IMG/VR virus record: IMGVR_UViG_3300025131_009348
Span: 1-24,604 of that record
Reading direction: 5' to 3' (one strand)
Source of the DNA: a virus
Taxonomy: Duplodnaviria > Caudoviricetes
Length of the DNA stretch: 24,604 nt
Part shown: positions 1 through 9,002 of the stretch, piece by piece
Numbering within the stretch: the first letter of the stretch is position 1
Layout of the letters: every line of letters begins with the position of its first letter
The notes under the pieces: model-generated
What the model saw: only the letters and a program-made list of their open reading frames with translations
Told to the model about the DNA's origin: nothing
Databases searched by the model: none
Program-made: the position numbers and the translations under genes

Positions 1-459
1 GGAAGGTTTAATTCCTGGAAGAATACCCTAACATTTTTCAAAAATAATGATTATGCATTCAAGTCTGAAGGCTATTGGATACTCTCAGATATTTATAATT
101 ATCTTTACCCTTACTACTACAAGATAAAATACTACGTTTTTGGAAGAGGACTTGGATTCTTCTCAGACTTTTATTACAGAGTTTTTGGAGGAGAGGCCAA
201 AATGAGGCAAGTTCATAATGAATTTCTTGAGTATAGTCTTGCTTTTGGATTAATCGGAGTCATCGCAGCTCTGTGGTTTTTTTGGTCACAGAGAAAGAAG
301 ATAATAGAAGGAGACAGGTTATTCCTTTATTCATTCCTAGTGTCTTTGGCCAATTCTTTTGGAAATTTTCCTTACCATATTGCAAGTACGTCCTTGGTCG
401 GAATCATGTCATTAAGCATGATCCTAAAAGGGAAGGAAGGAGAGACCTGTGGCGCATAA
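1..459 (+). CDS. O-antigen ligase (WaaL/Wzy_C)-family membrane protein, 5'-truncated
   Basis: Frame is open from base 1: GRFNSWKNT...YVFGRGLGFF...QVHNEFLEYSLAFGLIG followed by hydrophobic helices; matches the R-x-x-x-W / G-x-G-x-G / HN-x-x-L...G-x-x-G pattern of Wzy_C. Confidence 0.8.
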   Translation, partial: GRFNSWKNTLTFFKNNDYAFKSEGYWILSDIYNYLYPYYYKIKYYVFGRGLGFFSDFYYRVFGGEAKMRQVHNEFLEYSLAFGLIGVIAALWFFWSQRKKIIEGDRLFLYSFLVSLANSFGNFPYHIASTSLVGIMSLSMILKGKEGETCGA

Positions 460-1510
460 ATGGACTCAAAAGGCCCTAATTGACGATTGCTTGGCAGAGT
501 TGTGGTCTACATCCTCAGACGCTACTTTCTTGGCCAAAACAATAGGATTTATAGATAGGATCCAAGATGATTTAATCCAGGAGATTCCTATCCCTCATTA
601 TCAATTAACTTTAAAAAAACTACTTCCTACTGAGCAGCAAATTATAAATCTTTCTCCAGATAAACCTGCAGCTCCTACTGTGGCACTTGCTTCAGGAGGG
701 ACTCTCACTGATACGACTACGTATAAAGTCCTAGTGACTTTTGTAATTTTTGATGAGGATGGAAAAAGATATATTGAATCTGAGGCAGGGACAGAAAGCT
801 CCGAGCTGCTGGCCACATCTGCAAATAGGACTATCAGTGTGTCAGGTATTCCTTTGTATCCAGGAAATACTGGAGTAGCTCCAAAAACAATCTACAGGAG
901 AGTTTATATAGCTAAAAAAGAAAGTGGTGAGTCTTCCTTTGGAGAGTTTTTATTCGATCAAGAAATAGCAGATAATCTTACGAGTACTGCTATAATATCC
1001 TCTGAGGCTACATCCACAATAACTCCTCCAAGCGATACTGAAGTAGATGAGGTATCTAATGAACAGATGCTATGGTCTACTGGATCTGGATATTTGAGGA
1101 GGGTAGACAAGGACAGACTCAGGAGATTTTCTCCTGATACATCTCAATCAAGCGAGACTCCATTTGATTTCGATTTTGAAGGCATTGATTCTATCTATCT
1201 TTATCCTACTCTTGCTGCAAGCGCCACAAATGCTCAAAGGACTCTGATATACACAGTCCAGAGAAGACCTCATGAAGTTTTTTATGAGTCGAGCAGACTT
1301 ATGGATATGCCTATCTCATGGAAGACAGCACTAATAGCTGGAGTAAAATGGCTTGGATATGACCATAGAGATAGAGAGGGTTATAAATCCAGAGAGCTTA
1401 TTTATCAAGATTATAAGGAAAGACTTAAGAGAAAACATAGAAGGACAAGAGGTCGACCTTCCTCAGTCGTAGATATGGAAGGTGACGTTGACGGTTTTGA
1501 GGTACACTAA
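449..1510 (+). CDS. Putative head-tail adaptor (tail tubular protein A-like) with inserted Ig-like domain
   Basis: GTG start with GGAAGGAG RBS; position before nozzle; adaptor-like helical N-terminus and 'SIYLYP...MDMPISWKTALIAGV' C-terminus. Confidence 0.65.
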   Translation: MAHKWTQKALIDDCLAELWSTSSDATFLAKTIGFIDRIQDDLIQEIPIPHYQLTLKKLLPTEQQIINLSPDKPAAPTVALASGGTLTDTTTYKVLVTFVIFDEDGKRYIESEAGTESSELLATSANRTISVSGIPLYPGNTGVAPKTIYRRVYIAKKESGESSFGEFLFDQEIADNLTSTAIISSEATSTITPPSDTEVDEVSNEQMLWSTGSGYLRRVDKDRLRRFSPDTSQSSETPFDFDFEGIDSIYLYPTLAASATNAQRTLIYTVQRRPHEVFYESSRLMDMPISWKTALIAGVKWLGYDHRDREGYKSRELIYQDYKERLKRKHRRTRGRPSSVVDMEGDVDGFEVH

Positions 1511-3411
1511 TGCCTTTACTAAAGAGAGGATTAAATTCCTGGAGATTTTCGGACTTGCCTGTCTCGTACAAGGTAAATCCCAAAAACCGCTCTACAGACG
1601 CTAGGAATGTCCTTTCTAATCAAGGAGTCCTAGAGACTCGACCTGGATATACAAGATTTAATGATACGACTATAGAAGAGGGAAGGGATGTTACATCACT
1701 CTCTGCATTTAAGGACTTGTCAGACAATCTTTTGACAATTGCCAAAGTAAACACTTCTCTCTACAAAGTCCCGACATCGGGGGCATCTACTGCCATAAAG
1801 ACAGGGTTAACTGTCAGCAAAAAACATAGGGCCGTCACGTTTAGGGACAGGCATCTCATCGTAGTTGAGGGAGATGGCGTCTTTCAATGGGATGGGACTA
1901 CGTTTGGAGCATTAGGACAAGCTGGAGGCTCAGCTCCCACAGTAGGATCTTCAGGCGCAGGGAATACTCTCACAGCAGCAGACTATAAAGTAGCCTACAC
2001 CTTCCACTCTACTACTACAGGATTCGAATCTAATTTGTCGACTGCGAGCGCTTTGGTCACTGTGGCATCTGGAGAGCAGATAGATATATCTGGAATGGAT
2101 ACCTCAGTAGGAAATTTTACAATAGATAAAAAAAGGATATACCTCAAAGATATTACCAATAATTCTGCTTGGATATTTTGGGATGAGATAGACTTGGGGG
2201 ATGCCGCAGATACTATAGACGATGACCCTCTAAGCACTGATACCGCTCCGACCACTAACGGGACTCCTCCAGCAGATGCCAAATTTATAGTTACATTTGG
2301 GAAGTCTATTGCTTTGGCAGGAGTGAGCGCAAATCCTTCAGATGTTTTTATTAGCGAGCCATATATCCCAGATGCCTTTGACAACTCCAGGACATCAAAA
2401 ACCATTAAGGCCAGTGGGAAAGGGCCTGTGACTGGGTTAGGAGTAGGCTTTTACGATAATGACAATCTGAGGCCATTCCTCTGTATTTTTAAAAGGAATT
2501 CTGTAGAAGTTTATTCTGAGATTGGAGGAATAAAGGACTTGGGACCTGCATCTACCAGCATAGGTTGTATTGGCCATGACACGATTGTAGAGGAAGCAGG
2601 TATTGTAAAATTTATGAGCACTACTGGCTGGTATGAGATAGCTAATGGGCAGCTAAGAAAAAGGAAAGTTAAAGGGAGAGTCGTCCCTGCTGAGATAGCC
2701 GATGGAGATTTAATTGATATATTTACTAGGCCGGGATATGTCTACGAACTTAATAAGACAAATTATTCGAATTTCTTCAGTGTCTTCTTTCCAGGATTTA
2801 AAGGCAATTACATGACATTTATCTCTGAGGGAGTAAGTACTACCCTGAGTAAGTGCTATAATTATGAGTTTGATGTAGGGGGGTTTAGGCCTCTGGAATT
2901 TGCTCTTAACTTTTTTGATGCCGTCCATGCCGAGTTATCTACTGGAGAGGATGCTGTCCTTTTAGCAGGTGCTAACGGATTTATCTATAAGTACTCTATG
3001 GCAGAGGATAAGCATGATGTAGATATAGACAATGACTCAGTAGATATAGATGCCTTTTTTGATATGTTTTGGTTTACGGGGCAAGACTTTGAGTCATCTT
3101 ATAATTTTGGCTCCCATATAGTTAGGGCCGTAGAGGGAGATGACGACATCACAGTCAACGCCCACTTAGACTATGCCCAGAATACTTCTACTTCCTCCTC
3201 ATTTAGCAGGACAGCCGATGGTTTTCAGCTTGGCGTGTCAAAGCTTGACGAGGGAGTCCTTACAGATGGTCGAAGGGTAACTAGGAATATTTCAGAAATA
3301 TTGAGGACAGGACAATCTTTACTTTTAAAGTACAGTCAAAGCGCCACAGATGCTAATATGAGTTTAATAGAGGGGCAAGTCCATGTCTCAAAAAATGGAT
3401 GTCCTAATTAG
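1510..3411 (+). CDS. Putative tail nozzle / tail tubular protein B (P22 gp10-like stabilisation protein)
   Basis: 633 aa, beta-rich; N-terminal 'DARNVLSNQGVLETRPGY' typical of nozzle proteins; TAATG coupling to the adaptor. Confidence 0.7.
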   Translation: MPLLKRGLNSWRFSDLPVSYKVNPKNRSTDARNVLSNQGVLETRPGYTRFNDTTIEEGRDVTSLSAFKDLSDNLLTIAKVNTSLYKVPTSGASTAIKTGLTVSKKHRAVTFRDRHLIVVEGDGVFQWDGTTFGALGQAGGSAPTVGSSGAGNTLTAADYKVAYTFHSTTTGFESNLSTASALVTVASGEQIDISGMDTSVGNFTIDKKRIYLKDITNNSAWIFWDEIDLGDAADTIDDDPLSTDTAPTTNGTPPADAKFIVTFGKSIALAGVSANPSDVFISEPYIPDAFDNSRTSKTIKASGKGPVTGLGVGFYDNDNLRPFLCIFKRNSVEVYSEIGGIKDLGPASTSIGCIGHDTIVEEAGIVKFMSTTGWYEIANGQLRKRKVKGRVVPAEIADGDLIDIFTRPGYVYELNKTNYSNFFSVFFPGFKGNYMTFISEGVSTTLSKCYNYEFDVGGFRPLEFALNFFDAVHAELSTGEDAVLLAGANGFIYKYSMAEDKHDVDIDNDSVDIDAFFDMFWFTGQDFESSYNFGSHIVRAVEGDDDITVNAHLDYAQNTSTSSSFSRTADGFQLGVSKLDEGVLTDGRRVTRNISEILRTGQSLLLKYSQSATDANMSLIEGQVHVSKNGCPN

Positions 3412-3420
3412 GAGAAATGT

Positions 3421-4590
3421 ATGAGTCAACTAAAAACAAATATAATGCAGGGAATGGGCATACTCATCATGGGATTGCTTGCTCTTATATATAATAAGCC
3501 TGCCTACCCTGCTGCTTGCAGCACAATATCGAGAAATAACAATTCTGCTAACAGTATCCTTACCTCATCAAAATATAATACAGACGTGAATACAGTCTAT
3601 ACTGAAGTCAATAAGATTTATAATGGTAGCTGCACTCTCCCAACTGACTCCCTTCCTGTTATTACCAAGTCAGAATTGTCTGCGACAGATTTTCAAGCAT
3701 TATTCTACTCAGTCAAAGATGGATGTGAGGTCACATATGATTCTCCTTCTCAGGTGAATGTAGCTCCGTGTAGGTTAGCAGTTAATGGAGATTGGGTTAA
3801 TAAGACTGCAAGTAGCACAATTGGCTTTGGGGATGGAGGCAATAACCAAGTATCAGGAGAGATAGTCTCTCAGGTCTACTATGTCTATGCAAAGGATGGA
3901 TCCTCAGGGACAGGGCTTCACTTTGTAGTAGATGTCACAGCTCCATCGGTATCATTTGGAGAGTTAGCAACGAACGCTACTGGGTCGTTCCATAAAGCAC
4001 TAGGAAGCTTCTACAATGATAACAATTCAAATATCGCATCTAACTCTGTCCAGTCATGGGTTAATCATAAGTTTAACCCTGAAAGGAGTGCTGGTTTTTT
4101 TGGGAGTGTGAAATGGGAATCTACGACTAACTGTAGATGGGTAGGGACATCAACATCATACACTGATTATCCAGCAGACAGTGATTGTGATGATACAAAA
4201 AGGACAGTTAAAGGGATATACAATACAAGCGGCTATCAAGTAGGCCATGTTGACGGTAGACAGCCTCAAATTCTTTTCTCATTTATGCCAAAGGGACATT
4301 ATAGGATAGTTGGGAGGGGTCGGTTTTTGACAAATGCTCAGGCCACATGCAAATGGAGATTTTCAGATGGAACAAACAGCACTGTCACTCTAACTGCAGG
4401 AAAAGGTGGTGCAGCAGAAGATATAAACTTTGTCTATTTGGATGGATCTATAGATTATTTAGCAGATCAAACCAATGTTACATTAATAGTTCAGCACGAT
4501 AAAGTAGCAGGGACAGCATGTGACATATATTTGGCAGGGGACGCATCCGAACTTGAGATAGCAGTTTATTACTCTCCGTTTGCTTATTAG
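3421..4590 (+). CDS. Putative tail fibre/receptor-binding protein with N-terminal signal-peptide-like segment
   Basis: GGAG RBS; position after nozzle; Ser/Thr/Gly/Asn-rich; fibre-like 'YYVYA...TAP...LGSFYND' segment; hydrophobic N-terminus GILIMGLLALIY ending in PAYPAA. Confidence 0.6.
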   Translation: MSQLKTNIMQGMGILIMGLLALIYNKPAYPAACSTISRNNNSANSILTSSKYNTDVNTVYTEVNKIYNGSCTLPTDSLPVITKSELSATDFQALFYSVKDGCEVTYDSPSQVNVAPCRLAVNGDWVNKTASSTIGFGDGGNNQVSGEIVSQVYYVYAKDGSSGTGLHFVVDVTAPSVSFGELATNATGSFHKALGSFYNDNNSNIASNSVQSWVNHKFNPERSAGFFGSVKWESTTNCRWVGTSTSYTDYPADSDCDDTKRTVKGIYNTSGYQVGHVDGRQPQILFSFMPKGHYRIVGRGRFLTNAQATCKWRFSDGTNSTVTLTAGKGGAAEDINFVYLDGSIDYLADQTNVTLIVQHDKVAGTACDIYLAGDASELEIAVYYSPFAY

Positions 4591-4598
4591 GAGTATTT

Positions 4599-4964
4599 AT
4601 GAAAGTTTTACTAATTTTAATCTTCCCTACCCTTTTGCTGGCCATGCCTAAAGAGGAGTATCGTAGGAGAGTAGATAATATTTTCGAGATTCATAAAATC
4701 ATTATAGATAAAGACTTGAATGTCCCCGATGTCCAAAAATACAAAGACCGCATTGTAAATACCAAAGACTTGGCAACTCTCCAAATGCTTGAGGCAGAGG
4801 AACTAAAACTTCGTAATGAAGATAAAAATAAAAATCATATGGCAATCTGGAAGAAGAAGAGGAAAGCAAAAACTTTTTTAAAAAATCTTGATGTAGATGA
4901 GCTTTCAGACCCAGTAAAAAAGAAATTATTTTTTAAAGCTTTAATAAATCTTCTCAAGGAGTAG
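4599..4964 (+). CDS. Hypothetical exported protein in the tail-fibre-chaperone position
   Basis: GGAG RBS; MKVLLILIFPTLLLA signal peptide; charged helical body. Confidence 0.6.
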   Translation: MKVLLILIFPTLLLAMPKEEYRRRVDNIFEIHKIIIDKDLNVPDVQKYKDRIVNTKDLATLQMLEAEELKLRNEDKNKNHMAIWKKKRKAKTFLKNLDVDELSDPVKKKLFFKALINLLKE

Positions 4965-4967
4965 GAC

Positions 4968-5609
4968 ATGGGACTATTTAGAGGTTCTCCAGCAGATGTG
5001 CTTTTTGGTAAAAAACAGGCCCCGACAGGTACTCGGACCATCCCTTTCTCCAAACAAGAGCTATTTGAAATATCGGCTCGGCAAGGAGCTTTGGCAGGTT
5101 TAGATAAATCCCTAAGACCAGACATAGAAGGTAAAAGTCTTGAGCCAGATGTTGAGGCATTTAGAGGCGCTCTCTTTGGCCAAGTAAAAGGAAGAGAGAG
5201 AGAAGAGACTAGAGCAGCTAGAGGCTTATTTGGAGATCAAAGTAGACGACTCCGAGATATAATCGCTCAAAGAGGGCTAGGGACATCTGCAGTCGGGATA
5301 AGTCAGCAATTGGGCATAGACAAAGACTTAAGCGAAAATTTGGCCAATATTAGGGCCAGATCAAGAAGCCAGCTATTCCAGCTCCCACTTGCTCTAATAA
5401 GAGAAAGAGAAAGGTTAACTGCTGGGAGAAGAAAGAGACTGGCCGATTTTGCTCAATTAACTAAAGTTAGAAGACCACAGCAAGTAGCAACTCAAAGACC
5501 TAGTAGAGAAGGAGGACTATTTGATATAGCGATACCTTCAGCTAGGACAGTAGCTTTATTTGCTGGAAGTGGTGGCGCAAAAGCCGCTACAGGTGGGGCA
5601 GGAGGTTAG
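4968..5609 (+). CDS. Putative DNA ejection/pilot protein
   Basis: Helical, Gln/Arg/Ala-rich, 'AQRGLGTSAVG' motif, Gly-rich C-terminus; position after tail genes. Confidence 0.55.
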   Translation: MGLFRGSPADVLFGKKQAPTGTRTIPFSKQELFEISARQGALAGLDKSLRPDIEGKSLEPDVEAFRGALFGQVKGREREETRAARGLFGDQSRRLRDIIAQRGLGTSAVGISQQLGIDKDLSENLANIRARSRSQLFQLPLALIRERERLTAGRRKRLADFAQLTKVRRPQQVATQRPSREGGLFDIAIPSARTVALFAGSGGAKAATGGAGG

Positions 5610-5610
5610 T

Positions 5611-6696
5611 ATGCCAAGTACAGTCGATAGAATAGTAGCAGGACTCAATGCTTTCAATAGAGATATTGAGAGGCTCCAAAGAGAGAGGAAAGAGGAGCGT
5701 AGGCTTGGTTTAGCTGAGACTGAAGCAAAAGAAAAGAAAACTGCAAGACAAAGAGCACTCGAGGTCTCTTTGGCCAAAGAGGGAGCTACTCCTGAGGAGA
5801 TATCTCAATTTACTGGAGCTGAAATACCAGGGACAGTTAGTCCTTTGCTTGGAGGTATATCAAAAAGAAAACAGGAAGAGACTGCTGGGAAAAAATTATT
5901 ACAAGCCGCTCAATTAGCAAAGGCCAAGAGAAAAGACTCTCCTGCTAAAGCAGGTAAGTTAGGCCTTACTCCAGGTCAAGAAGCATTAGATAAAGCATTT
6001 GCTAAAGATTTGGCAGAATTTGAGGCAGGAGGAGGGAGTGCAGATGTGGCCAAAGGTCTTTCTCAGCTCCAAGAAGCAAAAACTGCCTTAGAGACTACTC
6101 CTGGATTGACTGGAGTAGATCAAGGATTTGTCCAGTCGATTCCATTTGTAGGACCTGGAATTAGGAAAGCCTTTAGCCCTGAGTCAGTTAATGTCCAGCA
6201 ATCAATTGAAGAAGTCGTACAGAGAAATTTAAGACTCGTACTAGGCGCTCAGTTTACTGAGAAGGAAGGAGAGAGATTAATTGCAAGAGCATTTGATGAG
6301 ACTCTCCCTCAAGATATTAATGCTAGAAGGGTAGAGAGATTGATGACCCAGATACAAAATGCTGCTGAAGCCAAGCAAGCAGCAGCAGATTACTTTAGAG
6401 ACAATGGGACATTAAGAGGATTCCAAGGAAAGATTTTTGGGATTAAAGACTTCCAAGATGCAGTAGCAGATGAGGGGCCGGGATTTGATACTACCCAATT
6501 CCAGGCAAAAATTCCTGGAGTAGATATTCAAAACATCCAAGCAGCTCCTCCATTACAAGACCAAATTATTCCATCTGCTCAAGCAGGAGGACAGCAAATA
6601 CCATTAGCTCCAGGAGTAAACATTACTGACCCTGTACGTACACAGCAACGTAGACAAAGGATACTGGAGCTTCAAAGGAAAGCAGGAGGGATATAG
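5611..6696 (+). CDS. Putative internal virion/ejection protein
   Basis: ATG at 5611 follows GGAGG (5601-5605), a better start than 5560; helical Ala/Gln/Glu-rich; 'LGAQFTEKEGERL' segment. Confidence 0.6.
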   Translation: MPSTVDRIVAGLNAFNRDIERLQRERKEERRLGLAETEAKEKKTARQRALEVSLAKEGATPEEISQFTGAEIPGTVSPLLGGISKRKQEETAGKKLLQAAQLAKAKRKDSPAKAGKLGLTPGQEALDKAFAKDLAEFEAGGGSADVAKGLSQLQEAKTALETTPGLTGVDQGFVQSIPFVGPGIRKAFSPESVNVQQSIEEVVQRNLRLVLGAQFTEKEGERLIARAFDETLPQDINARRVERLMTQIQNAAEAKQAAADYFRDNGTLRGFQGKIFGIKDFQDAVADEGPGFDTTQFQAKIPGVDIQNIQAAPPLQDQIIPSAQAGGQQIPLAPGVNITDPVRTQQRRQRILELQRKAGGI

Positions 6697-6697
6697 G

Positions 6698-8722
6698 ATG
6701 CCGCTAAATGAAGCAGAGCAAATCGAACTCCAGCAATTGCAAGAAGAAGAGGCCCAGGCCATACAGGCTCAAGGGCAAGAGGCGCAATCAGGACTTACTC
6801 CCGAGGAAGACTTTGAACTTCAGTCTTTACTTCAAGAGGAGCAGCAAGCTCAAACACAATTATCTCAAGCACAACCCGAACCTGCGCAAGAGGACCCATT
6901 AGCTCAATTTTCTGGGAATCCAGAGGCAGAGTTAGGTCCTCTTAATAGGCTTCAATTCTCTATCGAGCCTTTGGAGTCAAATAGGAGAGCATTTCTCATT
7001 AAAAAATTTGGAGTAGAGAATGTCCTTAGAGATGAGTCAGGGAATCTTTTTCTTCAGCAGTCAGGACAAATTAGACCACTAAATCAAGCAGGCTTCTCTC
7101 AGGCAGATATGGCCGAATTTTTGGGAGCAATTCCAGAGATAGTCGGAGCAGGGATAGGGATGGCAGCAGGCACTCCTGGAGGGATTCCCACTATGTTGGC
7201 TGGAGGAGCGGCTGGAGGAGTAGCTGGAGCAGCAGCAAGACAAGTCGTGAGCGGTCTTTTGACTGAAGTCCCTCAAGTGGATTTGCTGGATCCGTCTTCT
7301 GGAGAAAGAGCAGGAAATCTCTTATTGAGTGCTGGGCTCGGAGCATTTGGAGGGGCCATAGGAGCTGCTTCTAAGCAATTAGTCCAGGGAGTAGGTAAAT
7401 TTATTGGCCCAAAGATAACCAAGAGAGCTGCTGAGCTGACCACTCAAGCCGATGAGTTTGGTATCAAGCCTACTATTGGCCAGAAGTTTGGAGGCATAAT
7501 AGAGAGACAAGAGAAGATATTAGAGAAGATACCTTTCTTTGGACGCAAAGTGAGAAAAGAAATCTCTGAGCAGAGCAAGAAAATATATGAGACTCTCAAG
7601 CAAGAGATTGGAGATTTTACAGGCATTGATAGAGTAGGGCCTGAAGTAGGGGCCGGGCTTAAGAAAGTAGTCACGTCAAAGATAGAGTCTATTAAAATGG
7701 GAGCCAGAGAGTTATTTGAGGACTTTGCTGAAAGAGGGAAGGATACCATCCTCAAAACTAACCAAGTCAAAAACAGCTTCCTCAATCGAATCGAGAAGTT
7801 TGGAGTTTATGATACTAAGGGACAGCCAGTCCCATTTAGTCCTAAGACAGCAGGACTTGAGCAATCTGAGTATAACGCAATCAGAAAAGTCTTAGACCCT
7901 ATAATGGAGGATTTGAAAGAGACTCAGGTTAATGCCGTGGGACTCAATAATATTAGGAAAAGTTTAGATAAGGCCATCACTGTATTTCAGACAGAGGGAA
8001 GGGTAGCAGGAGTCAGTGACGTTGCGATGCTTAAGATAAGATCCTCCTTTATGGATTCAGTCGAGAATGCCCTGGAGAAAAGAGGAGATGAGCTACTCCT
8101 CCAATTTAAGACGGCCAGGCAGATGTGGGCAGAGGCCATGAAGAATACCAAGTTAGCAGATGACTTAGGAGTCAATCTTGTCAATACGAAGAAAGTTTTG
8201 GCAGATGAGAAGGTATTGAGGAGAGTTATATTAGACTCAAAAAATTACGAGAAAGTCGTAGAATTGGTAGGAAAAGAGGATGCTGCTCAATTGGCAATAA
8301 AGGCCTTAGAGGACACGGCCAGAGTGACTGCTGGAGCAGGAGACCAATTCTCAGCAGCTAAGATTCTCACATTCCTAAATAAAAATAATGAAGTTTATAA
8401 AAGGGCCTTTGGAAAAGAAAAGGTCAATAAGCTGGCAGGTCTCCTGGATTTCGCTAAGCAGAATCATGTCCCAGTAAATCCATCCATGACAGAGGTAACT
8501 CGACTCCAGGAAATGAATCTCAGGACATTAGGGACAGGAATCACTTTAGGGACTTTCAGGGCATTACTTGAAGGGGCCTTAAAAATGCCTGCCAAAATAG
8601 GGACAGGCGCTCGAGCATTAATTCAGACAAGAGGACAGGAGCCAAAAAGAAGACTGTCATTCCCATCTGAAGAAGAGGAAGAAAAACCCAAAAAGGGTCT
8701 AAATATAAATAAGAGAAAATAA
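6698..8722 (+). CDS. Putative large internal virion/ejection protein
   Basis: 674 aa; Gly/Ala-rich hydrophobic stretches (GAGIGMAAG, GGAAGGVAGAAA), acidic Gln-rich N-terminus with an L-x-x-x-E-x-x-EL repeat; last gene before lysis region. Confidence 0.6.
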   Translation: MPLNEAEQIELQQLQEEEAQAIQAQGQEAQSGLTPEEDFELQSLLQEEQQAQTQLSQAQPEPAQEDPLAQFSGNPEAELGPLNRLQFSIEPLESNRRAFLIKKFGVENVLRDESGNLFLQQSGQIRPLNQAGFSQADMAEFLGAIPEIVGAGIGMAAGTPGGIPTMLAGGAAGGVAGAAARQVVSGLLTEVPQVDLLDPSSGERAGNLLLSAGLGAFGGAIGAASKQLVQGVGKFIGPKITKRAAELTTQADEFGIKPTIGQKFGGIIERQEKILEKIPFFGRKVRKEISEQSKKIYETLKQEIGDFTGIDRVGPEVGAGLKKVVTSKIESIKMGARELFEDFAERGKDTILKTNQVKNSFLNRIEKFGVYDTKGQPVPFSPKTAGLEQSEYNAIRKVLDPIMEDLKETQVNAVGLNNIRKSLDKAITVFQTEGRVAGVSDVAMLKIRSSFMDSVENALEKRGDELLLQFKTARQMWAEAMKNTKLADDLGVNLVNTKKVLADEKVLRRVILDSKNYEKVVELVGKEDAAQLAIKALEDTARVTAGAGDQFSAAKILTFLNKNNEVYKRAFGKEKVNKLAGLLDFAKQNHVPVNPSMTEVTRLQEMNLRTLGTGITLGTFRALLEGALKMPAKIGTGARALIQTRGQEPKRRLSFPSEEEEEKPKKGLNINKRK

Positions 8723-8874
8723 TGGATATCTCAGTTAAGATGGCCATAGAAATAGTAGAGAGGATAGGCTTTCCCATCTTAATCTGTATGTGGTTTATGT
8801 TCCGCAATGAGAAGAAGCAAAATAAGATATTAGAGATATTGGATGATATCTCTTCTCATTTGGAGGGAGAATAA
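8722..8874 (+). CDS. YvrJ-like small membrane protein, candidate holin (50 aa; below ORF-track cutoff)
   Basis: MDISVKMAIEIVERIGFPILICMWFMFRNEKKQNKILEILDDISSHLEGE; GFPI + TM + coiled tail; TAATG overlaps on both sides. Confidence 0.7.
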   Translation: MDISVKMAIEIVERIGFPILICMWFMFRNEKKQNKILEILDDISSHLEGE

Positions 8875-8999
8875 TGGACTGGGTAATAATAACTGTAATA
8901 CTTGTCGTCATGCTTGCCTTCAATATAAAATGCGATTATCATTTTTACAAAAAAGCTAATCAATGCAAGAGTAGGATTACTAAACTTAAAAAAGGATAG
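8874..8999 (+). CDS. Small single-TM protein (41 aa) in lysis region
   Basis: MDWVIITVILVVMLAFNIKCDYHFYKKANQCKSRITKLKKG; GGAGGG RBS, TAATG coupling. Confidence 0.6.
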   Translation: MDWVIITVILVVMLAFNIKCDYHFYKKANQCKSRITKLKKG

Positions 9000-9002
9000 G
9001 TA

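Noticed and set aside
273-479. Alternative-frame plus ORFs (273-479, 6708-6902, 17313-17504) and extended starts (5560, 10849, 18042, 18632, 20132, 21043)
   Set aside because: Nested in stronger genes; downstream ATGs have better RBS or coupling
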